Origin: Puccinia triticina
Lineage: Eukaryota
Length of the DNA: 64,000 nt
Assembly: GCA_026914245.1 (NCBI GenBank)
Contig: CP110440.1
Span: forward strand, 1,798,001-1,862,000
Direction: 5' to 3'
Part shown: positions 27,383 to 39,870 of the stretch, in pieces
Position numbering within the stretch: position 1 is the first letter of the stretch
How the letters are laid out: every line of letters begins with the position of its first letter
Position numbers and translations under genes: made by a program
The notes under the pieces: model-generated
What the model saw: only the letters and a program-made list of their open reading frames with translations
What the model was told of the DNA's origin: nothing
The model's database searches: none

Positions 27383-29213
27383 CCAGTTAGTTATTGCTAA
27401 ATGACTTACTTGTAGTTTGGTGAACTTATGCAAGTACTTAATTAGTTTCTTGGGCTATCTGATATTCTTTGTGAGAGAGATCTATGAAGGCATGTGACAA
27501 ATGATTAGTTGTCTTTGCCTTCCAGCTCATAGCTGTATCTTAAATACTCACAGATTGGAAGAATTGGAATCTGTGTCTGCCCTGATGTTGCTGGAGTTTT
27601 TGGTCTTGTATTGCACCCTAGGAGTCTTGTCACTTGTTTCACCTGTTGTAAAGGCAATGAGACGACGGGGTCAGCAACTGGTGCCTGTTTCTAAAGAGAT
27701 GAAACTCTGGGGCTTACAAGGCAATGCATTGAAGCTAGAATCTTCCCTGCGCCTCTTTGCGCCTTGCGCTGCAGGTACTGTAATCTGACAATTGGGAGGG
27801 TTGATTACTCCCAATGACCAGGATCTGTCCCACTCATCGAGAGGAAACAACCCTCCTGCTGACTGGGACAGACCCCGGTCATCAAGAGGAACCATCACTC
27901 CGGATGAACAGTCTGTAGCTGTCATCGAGTGGGGGTGTTGGATAAAAAAAAAGCACAAGTACCCGCGGGTGCCGTGTACGGGTACGGGTAGGGCTGGATC
28001 CCGCGGGGTAGCCAGCCACTTTGAGCTAGCCCGGCGCCCGTCCCGCGGGTATACCCGTCACTTGGGTACCAAAATCAAGCAGCCCAAGCCTTACCCGCGG
28101 GTATTGGGAACAGGAACAGGGTACCCGCGGGGCGGCCGGGCTACAGGTATACCCGCCAGCCCGCGGGTATACCCGCAACCTGTTCCCAATTCCCGCGGGT
28201 AAGGCCCGTAAAGGCCCAGAGCTACTGCACCCACTTTGCGCCCATGAGCCATGAGGGCCCCAGTCCGGGCTGAGGGACCTCTGTACTTTTGATATGTGCA
28301 TTCTTTTGCTCACTTCCTCCACGCAGGTGCAGATTGGTAGCCGCAGCGCACCTAAACATGAGCTTCCTAATACCCAATATCCCCGCGGGTATTTCTGAGG
28401 CTACCCGTGGACCGTACCCGCCGGGTAGGCCGGGTACGGTCCAGGCGAAGAGGCGTCCCGGACCCCTATACCCGCGGGGCAGACCGCGGGTATACCCGGA
28501 GAGGCCGGGAACGGGGGCCAGCCCTAGGTGGTGTCTGAATATCACGAAAAACACTGTGGGCACCCGGACACGCGGCGGGTACCCGGGTCCACTTGGCGAT
28601 CTCTAGCTTCCTCAAGCACCGTCCATTATATTTTTTTCTCTCAGGGGCCCTTGACCGACTCAACTTCTCAAGTAAAATAAGATATATCTTCTGAAGGATA
28701 AATTGATAACTCATGTGCTGAAACCAATTTAATACAAGTTCTTCATCCGGGACAAATCTTGAGAAACATATAAAGAGAGAAGTAGATAAATAGGAAAGAT
28801 TTTGGTACATTGTGGACAACTGTACATAACATTGACTTTTTCTGAGACTGGATTGTGGGATGTGAGGAACACTCTCTTGGAGACTGCTAGGGATCACAGG
28901 GGTCTAAGGGTTGGCGGTGGTGCCACTAGTGGCGCTGTCAGTTTTGGCATCCCCGGTGCCGCCGCAGGCAAGCTGATTCACGGCATGGGGCTTTGCCTGA
29001 AAATGAGGAATTGTGGTCAGTCTCGGAGGGAAGATATGCGCGGCGACGTCTAGCGTGCGATTGAGAAAAGGGCTTACATCAGGAGTTGTTTCTGTTGAAG
29101 TGTCAATCTAGCACTGCTTAACACATCGTTGCTTACACATCCAATCACCATTGGGGCAACACCACACATCATCATAAGCATACATCTACTGTATTCAACT
29201 GCAACATAGCAAT

Positions 29214-29215
29214 GT

Positions 29216-29257
<42 letters not shown>

Positions 29258-29285
29258 TATGTGAGTTTGACTCTCACAGTACACG
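29214..29285 (+). ncRNA. tRNA-like cloverleaf inside TRIM 5' LTR (pseudo-tRNA, anticodon ambiguous)
   Basis: Acceptor GTGTACT/AGTACAC, D arm GCTC-AATGGTTA-GAGC, T arm GTGAG-TTTGACT-CTCAC. The anticodon arm is imperfect. Confidence 0.8.
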
Positions 29286-29551
29286 AGGTTGTGGGTTCAA
29301 CACCCACTTCACTCGGACCTTTCTTTTCACTTGTTCAATAGGTTATGAGCCCAGGTAGCGCTTGCTGCTTCAAAATTGAACTTGGAAAGATTGGTGCATT
29401 GCGCGCAACCCTGTATCAAGCACGGGGGAATGTTGAAGTGTCAATCTAGCACTGCTTAACACATTGTTGCTTACACATCCAATCACCATTGGGGCAACAC
29501 CACACATCATCATAAGCATACATCTACTGTATTCAACTGCAACATAGCAAT

Positions 29552-29553
29552 GT

Positions 29554-29595
<42 letters not shown>

Positions 29596-29623
29596 TATGT
29601 GAGTTTAACTCTCACAGTACACG
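29552..29623 (+). ncRNA. tRNA-like cloverleaf inside TRIM 3' LTR
   Basis: Copy of 29214-29285 with T loop TTTAACT. Confidence 0.75.
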
Positions 29624-29786
29624 AGGTTGTGGGTTCAACACCCACTTCACTCGGACCTTTCTTTTCACTTGTTCAATAGTTTCTTCACCTCGCGTTTTGG
29701 GAGGTGGCTTTTCCTGGTCACAGGCGAGCTGATTCACGGCATGAGGCTTAACCTGAAAATCGAAAAATCTGGTCAGTCTCGGATTT

Positions 29787-30794
29787 TGTCAGTTATGTTT
29801 ATGAAACTTAGGGTAAAAACCCGTCAAATAAGGGTTTTTTGCCCTAGTACTATAACTGTACTGAAATAAAACACTGGCAATAATGTGCCAAACTTGTTAC
29901 GTGGTATTTAGCCACTACAAGGGTTTAAACACTCTTATATAAGAGGAGGATATTTGTAATTAATAAGGTTTACTTATTAATAACAGGGATATATAAGGTT
30001 TTGACGTAGAAATAGCTGGTAAGCGCTTAAACTGATTGGCTGCGCGTCAGAGGCGGGAGTCTTACAGCAACTATTTATAAATATTTAACTGTAATAAATG
30101 CTTATAAGGGATATTGGCAATTTTAGAGTTAAGATCTAGTGGGTTTTGTGCCAAAAGGGCAGAAATAAAGGAAAGGGTGGCTTTAATAAGCCAGAGGAGA
30201 ATTTTCACGAGTTAACTTACAGGTTAATTTGTGGTGAAATGTCTGGGGGGACAATTCCAGTGACTCAGTTACCTCTTTAAATACTGGAGAGGTCTCTGAG
30301 GGCGCTGAAATGTTCCCATTAGTTTTGGCTATGGGTAAATGCCAAGGGTAGACGTGTAATCTGCCTTGGCTATGGGTATTTTGTTTGTACAATATTACAC
30401 AACTTCCCTTACTCCCACACGTGACATTTGTATAACCAATTGTCATGTGAAATAGCTTAATATGAAGTGTAATATCAATTTGTACTAAGTGTTACTCTCA
30501 CCCGTGGTTCTTGTTTCACGGGGGAAAGGTACTTTACTAATTAATATAATTTTATGTATTTTAATTTATGTAAAGATTTTTTATGTAGTTTTCCTGCTCT
30601 TTGGAGCGCTTTATGGCTATATGTACATATATGAAAAAATGTATGAAGGAGTAGGAATGAGGGGTTACTTTGAGTGGGTGACCCCCCTTAATTCAACACA
30701 AGGATTCTGAATATTCAATAATATTTCAGGATTTGTAAATGGTTTACTAGTTTTTGCAGACTTTAGGATACTTGTTGTATCTCTAAGGCTGACA
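29787..30794. mobile_element. Solo LTR (~1008 bp) in intron 2 of the secreted-peptide gene
   Basis: TGTCAG...CTGACA, exact TSD GATTT, homologous to 52064-53055. Confidence 0.9.
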
Positions 30795-32099
30795 GATTTG
30801 CATGAGGGACTTGTCAGGATGGGCGGCGACTCCTAGGGTGCAATTGGAAAGAGGGCTTCCATCAGGAGCAGTTTCCTCACTTCGCTTTTTGGGAGGTGGC
30901 TATTCTTGGTCGCAAGCGAGCTGATTCACGGCATGGGGTTGCTTGTAGACTGCCAAGAAGTCATTCCGGTCAGTCTTGGATCTTCATGAAGGAAGCGACA
31001 CCGTCTGGCCTGTTAAGAGGGCTTACATCTGGATCGTTGGGAGTGTCGGAGGTTGGGGCGGCCGACGCAAGTCCAGCGAGCGCCGAGACAACTAAGATGA
31101 AAGCGAACAAGGTCTCTCGGGCCGACATGTTGCTTTTGTGTGGGTAACGTCGCAAAGCTGGAGAGGTTGGCTGGGTGCTTGTCGGCTGCAATGCTGATGG
31201 CTGAGTGAGCTGAGTGATCTACAAACCGCCCGGGAAGGCCTTGCGTTTATACCTTTTCGACTGCTCTGTTCGACTCAAGAGGCAAGGTGCCTGGCATTAA
31301 TCCTTCTCGCCGTCTATCGGGTGGTTCTCATCGTGGCCTCAGCGGGGTGATCCGTTGGGTGGTTAATTGACTGTCGATTTGGTTTTGGAGACCGGAAGCA
31401 ACGATTAGGATGCCAATCGCTCAATACCCTACATTTGGGAGATCCATTACGCAGCGATCATGCGACGATATGATGGACCTATCGATCAATCAAGATCAGT
31501 GAAGACACCTAAAGATGTATTTCTCAAAATGTTTCCTTCACACTCCACTGCTTCTGATCGGGCAACATCAAGCGCGGTGGCACTTCTAGCTAAATATGGT
31601 CGTTTCTTAAGTCGCGAGCTGCCACAGCCAGATACAAGTCTCAATCAGTCAACTGTTCATTAATCAAAGAATATTTCTTGATGCTGCACTCAACATTCTG
31701 TGTGACTGGTAGTTCGATACCACACGACCTTGCCAAGGTACATACCGGGTGATGGTGCTGTAATGCGATTCTCTTTGGGCGGGGCTGCTTACGTAACTTG
31801 CAACAGTGGCTGCGCTTGATGTGCTCTCCGGAGGTGCAGGGGTATATTGTTGCTGGAACTTGAAGTGTTCTCAAAAAGTAATATACATTTCAGATTATAA
31901 TACAAGAGCATAGACACTTCATTTCTGTCATCTAATAAGTACATCCACACAAAATAAAAAAATAAATGTGATAAGACAGATGTCCAATGTGATTATTATT
32001 AACAATTATACATAGGTTGTTTTGTTAGGAAGGGGTTATAAGATTTCTTTCTCCGCTACCGTTGCTTTCCTGTGGTGATCTTTCACTGCGTCACCGTTC

Positions 32100-34063
32100 C
32101 TACCTAAGCCGGAGAGCATTCTGGTGGGCCATTTCTGATCTGGTTTGTTGTCGAAGAAATGCCATGTCCCACGGTGCACTGTGCACATTGTTCACATGCT
32201 TCCTGAGGTCGGCCAACCTCTTGAACTTCTTAGTGCAAAAGGTCTTCCCAGCTGGCACCGCTCTTACGGCATGGTAATTACAGGCAACTGTTTTTTTTTT
32301 TTTTTGTGAAAGTAGTCAGCATTTTCTCCGATATAATGAGACAAATTTGGTGAAAAGTGAAGGCTTTACGCAAGATAATTGGAGGGAAAAAAAAACTCAC
32401 AAAGTTGATTCGGGGAGTGTGTGACCCAGTGCCCTTTGACATTGTCCTTCCTGGAGATCTGCTTCCCGCAATCAGGGAATGTGCATACAAACTTCCCTGT
32501 TTGACTGTCAATCGAATATAGCGCACCTCGGCGCTTGCTAGGGCCGTGACCTGGAAGCTGAGATTCCGGTTCAGGATTTGATACCATAGCTGGGCTTTCC
32601 GGTACTGTTCCGGTTTGCCGCGGGGAATTACTATTTTGAATTTATTTAACAGAGGAACAATAAGCTTCAATTTTCAATCAATGAAGCACCCCGAAAATAT
32701 GTCCTGAATCAACTCACACATCACTTTGACCATTTTCTCTGTTGGACGATTGGTGTGAGTAATAGTTGAAATAGAATATTGAAACACTTCTCAGTCGTCA
32801 ATTCAAGCGATTACCAATACAAGGAATCACCACTCACCGTCCTCCCGAGTTGGTAGCTGCAATAGTTTGAAATTTGTGAATAAGATTGATTTATGAATTA
32901 GCCAAAAGTTGCTGACTAATTGTGTGTTCCTCAAAAAAAGAACTTACATGGATGATTGTACCCGCTTGAGGGTGTTCCTGATGATAAGGTCAGCGGGGTT
33001 TGGCTGCCAGAAGTTGCATGATTTGGTTGTGATTGTTTCGTATCAAGAAAGGAGCAAAATTGCAACATCAAGCACTCAAGTTAAGAAAGGAAGTACCCTT
33101 ATTGTTCCAAGCGGAACTAAAGTGCTCACGAATTTGAAGGCCCATTGTCGTATGAGCTAGACGTTGATGCAAATGTTGCATACGTCGCTGGTGCTTTACG
33201 GGCAAAAAAAAACATTCCGGTGATCGAGAGAAAGGGGTAAATGAGTTAGTGTTAACAAAAGTGATTACTCATAAGGCTGCATGAAGAGGCTCACCGGTTG
33301 AGTTTTTCAAATGAAGTGCTGGTGCTGCATAATAATGATTATCGGTGGTGAAAGGAACCCTGAAATTTGAAAAATCATTTAAAACATGACACAGTTGCCA
33401 AAAGGAGATCATGACTGACAATTGTTCCGAATGCACACCTGTAATAGATTGAAAGTTGTAGGTAAAGTTGATTGGTAAATTAGCCGAAGTTTCTTCAGCA
33501 GATAAGTATTCCTTACAAAGAACCTTACCATCCTGGTTGTTAGGTCTATATGGTGCAGCGTTTGTGTATGGCAATGCGCTGCTATAGCTGAATGATTATT
33601 TAGACATTATTTCGTATCAAGGAAACAAGTTCTCAAGTTAAGAAAAGGAACACCCTTGATATTCCATGAGAAAACAAAGTACTCACGTCTGTGCCCCCCA
33701 AGGCTGAGGCCCGTTGTAGTAGGAGAAGGGGATCGGGGGGTTTGGATTGGCGCTTGGTACTTTGCATCCAGAAGAATTTCGCGGCGAGAGAGGAGAAGGG
33801 GGGAATCATTTAGTGTTACTTGAAGTAATTGATCCGTATGCCGCATAGACTGGCTCACCGCTTAGATAGTTTGCAGTCAATGCTGTTCCTGCGGACAAGG
33901 AAGCCATGTTGGTAGATGAAGGCCTGGAAGGTAGGTGATCATGTTTAATTTTCAATTCTCTCGAGATAGAACACGCAGACAACACCTACCCAGCATTGAA
34001 TGCGTCATCAGAAGTGTTCCGGTTTCCGAATACATTTGTGTTCGAGGAGGATGCTTGTGCCAT
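32100..34063 (-). CDS. Multi-exon C2H2 zinc-finger protein, copy 1 (5' exon structure uncertain)
   Basis: CTFPDCGKQISRKDNVKGHWVTH, then after an intron (32400-32288) CNYHAVRAVPAGKTFCTKKFKRLADLRKHVNNVH; stop at 32102-32100. Confidence 0.65.
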
Positions 34064-37000
34064 GATTTTCTGTTCCTAAATCCATTTTAACGCGAGGTAG
34101 AATGAGGGCAACGAAAGTAAGCATACAAAGCCATGTGATCTATGATAAAGAGGCCGGTCTGAGGTGAGAGTATCAATCAAGACAGACAAAGATGGATGTG
34201 TGGAGGATAGACTAGAGAACGGTCACGAAATGTTGCCAATCAATTGATAATGATTTGATTCAACGGACTACTGTTTGATTTGGGTTGTGCTATCTGTCTG
34301 AAAATGTGATATTGAGAAGCTAGATGAAAAATTGCAATTGAAGATCTTACCTGCAAAGCGTTGAAGAGTTCTATAAGGTTTTTTTTGGCAGATAGGTGGG
34401 ACAGATGGGAGGATGTGATCGACGTGATGGATTGGATGGTGGGTGGGGAAAATGTTTTTAGAGGTGGTAGCGACTTTTAAGCACCTCCCGCAACACTGCA
34501 AACTCGCCAACTCGGTTGAATCAAAGGGAAGTATGTATTTGGGATATCCACTTATGAGGCGGGCCCCAAAGTCATTGTTTAGCAAGAGTAGCTTGCTTGA
34601 GAGCTTCTTTGTGGTCAACAGGACGTCTCCCACCACCGTATTACCACAACAATCTCAACCAGGCTGCTCAAATCCCTATGCATTTTTTTTCGACTAGGAG
34701 GGAAAGAGGAAAAGAAAAGGAATGCATTATGCATGGCTCCTAGACGAGGGGGTCTTTCGCTCGATGTTAGGATTACTTGGGGGGTATGATAAAGGACCGA
34801 AAAGGTGCTTACCCCTCGTGTTTCATCTTGGATTTAGGAAACATGGCTAGGTTCATAAAACCACTGCGTCTGCGTCCGGCAAGGTGAGCCATCCACCCAA
34901 AGAAGCGGGCTCTAGGGATCGATCAAAGGCATACATACGAAGCAGCAACTCCAGTCTTTCAACAACCGACCTCCCTGAATCATCGGATTAAGTGGATGGA
35001 GTTTCCTCGCGCTCATATAGACTGCTTTATCAATAGAGGCGAGAAAAGATGCCCACCCGGTGTTGATGCTTCAGCATAGTCTGTTTTCGTCTTAAACTTA
35101 AGAAACAGGACTGGGTTAATAGAAGCAGTGCATCTACATTAGGCGAGGTGAGCGATTCAACCAATGAAGCAGCTTCTGGCGCCCGAACAAAGGCATAAAT
35201 GTGTCCTATCAGCTCAAGTATGGTAACAGCTGATAATCGTTGAATGGGAATGGATGGGCTTTTCTCGCGCTTTTGTAGAATACTCTATCTGGTAAGCGCA
35301 AGTCTTGTTCATTTCTCAATCTTGGGATTTCTTAACTAATGCCAGTTGTGTCATCCCCCCTAGTTAACTCACGTTCATTTGAGCGTCGGTGACGAAAATA
35401 TATCATGCGCTTCTTATTTAGTGGCGAGTTGAATGTGTGTTCCTATCCAGCTGCCATCGGGATAGTTCAACTGTGCGTTTACCTCTTCACATTTCCTCTG
35501 ATCAGGTTAATTGCACGGAGGTCTTGTGGTTTTCGGCCGTTGAGATTTGTGGATGAAAACCAAACGGGACCAGAGCTTTCGAAAATGATGCAGTCAAGAT
35601 CTGGTCGATCAGGCGGGTCAAGTCGGCAGGCTGAGCCCGTCAGTAGTTTCACGCCGATAATCAAGGTCACGACCCTTAGCGATTTCTGGCTTGATTTCTG
35701 CTCTTCCTATTCGTGCAGACGTGAAGCATCCACAGTCCCAAACCCCACTTTATCAAGAATGCAGACCATGATGGTGCGAGATGGGACATGATGATGATAC
35801 AGCACAGAAGCGGACCCGAGGTTTGGAAAAGTGATGGAGTACAGCTCTGGTCGACAATGCAGGGCGAGTTGGCAGGCTAAGCCCACCGGAAGCTTTACGC
35901 TGGAACTCACGGCCACGGCTCTCAGCGATTGCAAGTTTGCCTAAATTCCGGACCATGATGATAGGATGGTTTTGGGCACCTCATCCGACTTTGAAGCAGC
36001 TAAGTTATAAAGCTTGGAATTTCTCTCCAGAATAAGCAAACCAATTATCTACGAAGGTTCATTTCTTTTGACGCAACCATTGGTTCTAGTTTACCAGTGG
36101 ATTTTCTTACCAGAGTCCGCGTGGTTTTAGTTGGGTACGTCTTTTGCTGCGTGAGCTAACTGCTTGGGCAAGACTGTCCGAGCAGTTATCGTACAGAGTT
36201 TGTCCGATGAGTTCGGCAATCTGGACCCACCACCCTGCAGAACTCGTTGGGCAAAGTTTGTCCGACAACTGCTCGGACTGCCCGAACAGTTATTTTTGGC
36301 AGTGCTCTGGAGCTATTCTTAAACTCACTTGAATACTGCGATAGCGTCAAGGCGCTCTGTTTGCACAGGAATTCGTGAGGAAGCGAGAGAAAAATTCGTG
36401 ACCTGCGAAGGGCTGAAGGCAAGGTGTGCTTAATCTACTTTGACTGGCTTACATGTAATCACCATTCCCTATTCTTTTGTGGGCCATGGAGCCCTGACGT
36501 ATTAGGGTCCCCAGCAAACACTGGATATAAATCGTGGACTGCATTCGCCGAAGTTGTGGTCTCTCACTTCTCTCGAGGATATAACCAAGAACAGCCAACC
36601 CAACGGGCCTCCGCCGACCGTCCAGAGGCTCAGCATTCGAACCCGATTGACATACCACCCACGATTACATTCCGGCTAGAGAAGTAGAAACATATACATA
36701 AAGTCAGTAAGCAACCCCTGCTGATAAGAACAGCTGCGTTTGTTGCTTTGCTGAGTTTTTTGTGCATGTCACAGAGGATATTCCCTCACTGAATGTTCGA
36801 TACTGGATGGTTGTTAGTGCGAAATGGGCCAGAGAATGCATAGTCCCATGGGGGAGGTACACCGGGACTAGAATGAGTATCTGGGACTGGGTGCTTGTTT
36901 GAGGAGCTTTATGAAGTTTTTCAGTCGCAATCCCCAGCCGATGATTGGGAATCGGATCACTGCGTAATATCGGTTATGTCTCCTTGTGTCGGGGTCGGGC

Positions 37001-37347
37001 CGCCAGGCTGAGTTCAGCGGACGGGCGCAAGAGCCGCAGCAAAGCACACCCGGACATCATGCCCGCTTCACGACTGCGCAATCCCAACATGACACCATAA
37101 CCACTTTGGTATGCCGTGATTGGTATGCCGTGACTCCGCGGTGCAGATATTGGTCTTAGCTTGGCTCCCAAGCACCCGAAGATAAGGCTCTTGAATTTTG
37201 AATTCCCACCAATGCACGAAAATTTGTGTCTTGAGTTCTTTTAATTGTGCAAAACTTCAACCTCAGGCTTCAGCCCATAGAACTCCAGTATGTTTTAATT
37301 GCAAAGATTAGGATCCAGAAAATAAATTGGCCAAATAAACTTGAACT

Positions 37348-39870
37348 TCAAACTATCCTATTTGTATTTAAAGAAATGAGGGAACAAGCACTTTTTGGAC
37401 TGTATTTACCAGCAGTGCTAAGTTTCTCCTGCAATAATCTGACACCTGTGTCCCAAAGATATTGGTCATCCCAGGTTATCTTTGTGAATATATTATTCAA
37501 TTGATCTTTGCACCAATAACCAATCAACAAGAGGGAAAGTTCAACCATTTTGGAGTATGATCTTGAATCACTAAAGTAATCAATGAACAAGTGTTGAACA
37601 TCAGTAAAGTCTGAAGAACAAGGAGGATCTTTGAGAAGATCCCTATTATACAGTGTGAATTCTCCAAAGATTGGTAATCCGCTGTTCGTTTGTTTCATGA
37701 GGAGATTGCTTTGGATACATTTGAAGAAGGGTTGTCCTTGGGACTCTGATTTCAGTATGATTTCCTTCCACATATCACTGCTTTTTAAGGCAATGTAACA
37801 TGCTTCCAAGTTGATCATCAGGGAATGGAGTTTGAGATACATGTGCCTGTTGTCAGGGATATCTCCTGTATTCATCACAATCCAACTAAACCCTTGGACA
37901 GATTTCTCTTGTTCATTTTCCTTAAGGCATGCAAGCCCAATTGGAATTCCTCCTGCCTCATTTTTTATTGCCTTTTTTTCCTTTGCCTTTTCGTCCATTA
38001 TCTTGATAAATTTATCCAAAATATCTTGTTTGTCCTTCTCAAATTCTATTTTCTGGTTTACCCTGAACGATCTGGGCTTCAATTCATCTGGAAACCCATT
38101 GCCTAGTGCAACCTTGAAGTCACCCAGTTTTCTAACTGCAAGCTCTTCATTGATTTTACCATCTTCCATGTTTTCTTCAATTTTGATATTTCTGATAATT
38201 CCTTTGTGTGTTAAGCTTTCCAATGCCTGCAATTCATTCCTCCCCCCACAACTCTTCAGCTGGGTAAATAGTTCTGGTTGAAATTTTTCATAATAAATTT
38301 TGTTTATCAATAATGCTCTCCGCAGTACTTCATTCATATTCATTATTCTTGAGTGATGTTTTACCTTTTGGGTCAACTCCTCCAACAAAATCTTCTGAAC
38401 TGGCCCAAAACTTCTATCCCCTATACTTTCCAAATTCCCAATGACAGGAAGATGATTTCCTCTGGGATTAAAAGCTTCTTGAAAAATGAAATCAACTAAT
38501 TTGACATGTGATTTGTATTCCTCTTGGAAATCCCTCTCACTTGATCCAAATTCTATCAAACTGGATGTGTTGATGAAAATGGACCACATAATCAATTCCT
38601 TGAATCTTCTGAATATGTGTGTCCGAGTTCGGAATTCATGAGTGTATGGTTGGTCTTCATCTTGATTGGGATTTATGTCCCGTGTAGGCCTGATTGTGTA
38701 CAACCAATCCACTTTTCTTCTAGTTATCTTGACTGGATATCCTTCTAACCAAGGGATTTCCATTATCTTCCCAGTTGGCCTTTTCTCATGTATTTCAAAG
38801 ATTTTTTCTTGGAATTGCTTGGTAAATTCTGCCAAATATCCATCACTGATATCAATTTTGGCAATACTTATACAATGGAAAGGCTCAGCAGTGCTTTCTG
38901 TTGAGACTTGTGAATCCACACCAGCCTTGATGGCACTATTTTGGGAAACAAATTCCTGGTGCAATTGAGCAACATCTCCATTCTCCACACCATCAGGGCT
39001 GGTTTCCTTAAAATCAAATCTATTTGTTTCATCAGAATTTTCTCTCTGGAGGCCTTGAAAAAAATCTTGAGAGCTTTGCACAGGCACAGATAGTCCTGAA
39101 AACCAACAGAGAAAGAATTTGTAATTATAATTAGTTGTATCCTTATAGAAAAACATTATTCTGCGGTTCTTACTTACTTTCATTTTGAGTCTGATCTTCA
39201 GCTGTGCAAGGGTGCTCAACCTGATGGCAATCCTGGATTTCACTGGAATTTTCAACATTTGGAGAGCCTGTTTCATTCAAATCCAAGTCTTCCGCCAATA
39301 GATCTAAAAATGAGGGCCATTTGGGATCATTAAGATCTCCAAACACAATATGTGGATCTGATAGCCAATATCTGTATGCATCATTCCCATTCATTTCTTT
39401 AGAGCTGGATGCTGGTTCTGATGGTAAGAAAGCTGAAAGTTCTCCCCTAGGTAGGCTTTCAGGGTGCACATAATCACCATGAGATAATGATGGCACCATA
39501 GGAATGTGTGATACGCGCGTTGGCGGGGACGGACTGATAGAAAATTGGTCATTGAAGTGGTCAATCGCAACATTTTGTGTCCCTGGTTCCAATTCGAAAA
39601 AGTGGTTATTAATACTTCGGACAACTCAGAGGAATGAATCACAAGCTTGGCGGATCTTTCTCAAGCATAATTTTTCGTCCTTACCTTCACATTGAATTTT
39701 CTGGGGCATCGGAACATGACCACTGCTCCTACCAGTATATGCAAAATGTGGTTCAAAACTTGGCTGTGAACTCGTCTCATCAAGATCGTGTTGTGTAGTC
39801 TTTTGTCTCTTTCTGGGATTCGAAATCAGATGGGTTTGGAGATTCGCTGCTTGAAAAAAGGAGGCAAAGA
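37348..39870 (-). CDS. Large lineage-specific hypothetical protein, multi-exon
   Basis: Open terminal exon 39095-37348 (~580 codons), intron 39177-39096 (GTAAGT...TTTTCAG) and an upstream open exon to ~39610. The start was not located. Confidence 0.75.

Larger units (their letters stand above)
23405..27790. mobile_element. LTR-like insertion splitting the hairpin array
   Basis: TG...CA ends with near-TSD ATTGA/ATTGG. Shares motifs (TAGCTACACCAG, TTTAAGTGCCCTCC) with 54330-54490. Confidence 0.5.
18371..28605 (+). mobile_element. Composite hAT element bounded by 22-bp TIRs, with nested insertions
   Basis: TAGAGATTGCCAAGTGGACCCG ... CGGGTCCACTTGGCGATCTCTA. ACCCGCGGGT-rich subterminal blocks occur twice (19560-19840/27950-28230 and 22760-22960/28370-28590). 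No matching 8-bp TSD. Confidence 0.7.
29093..29678 (+). mobile_element. TRIM with tRNA-like sequence in each LTR (Helenus-like); LTRs 29093-29340 and 29431-29678
   Basis: 248-bp LTRs with 2 differences seen, TSD GTTTC, PBS GGTTATGAGCCCAG (29341-29354), PPT GGGGGAA, 90-bp interior. Confidence 0.92.
28904..31128 (-). pseudogene. Disrupted small secreted protein with three repeated exons (core PHAVNQLAC)
   Basis: Exon 1 31128-31027 carries a signal peptide (MSARETLFAFILVVSALAGLASAAP...). Repeat exons 30941-30861, 29752-29078 (split by a TRIM) and 28996-28904. In-frame TAG at 30902-30900. Confidence 0.8.

Noticed and set aside
29214..29623. Tandem genuine tRNA-Met genes
   Set aside because: The duplication is the LTR pair of a TRIM, and the anticodon arm and T loop are non-canonical.
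35177..35189. TGGCGCCCGAACA, resembling a tRNA-Lys PBS
   Set aside because: No adjacent LTR end or retroelement ORF; probably chance.
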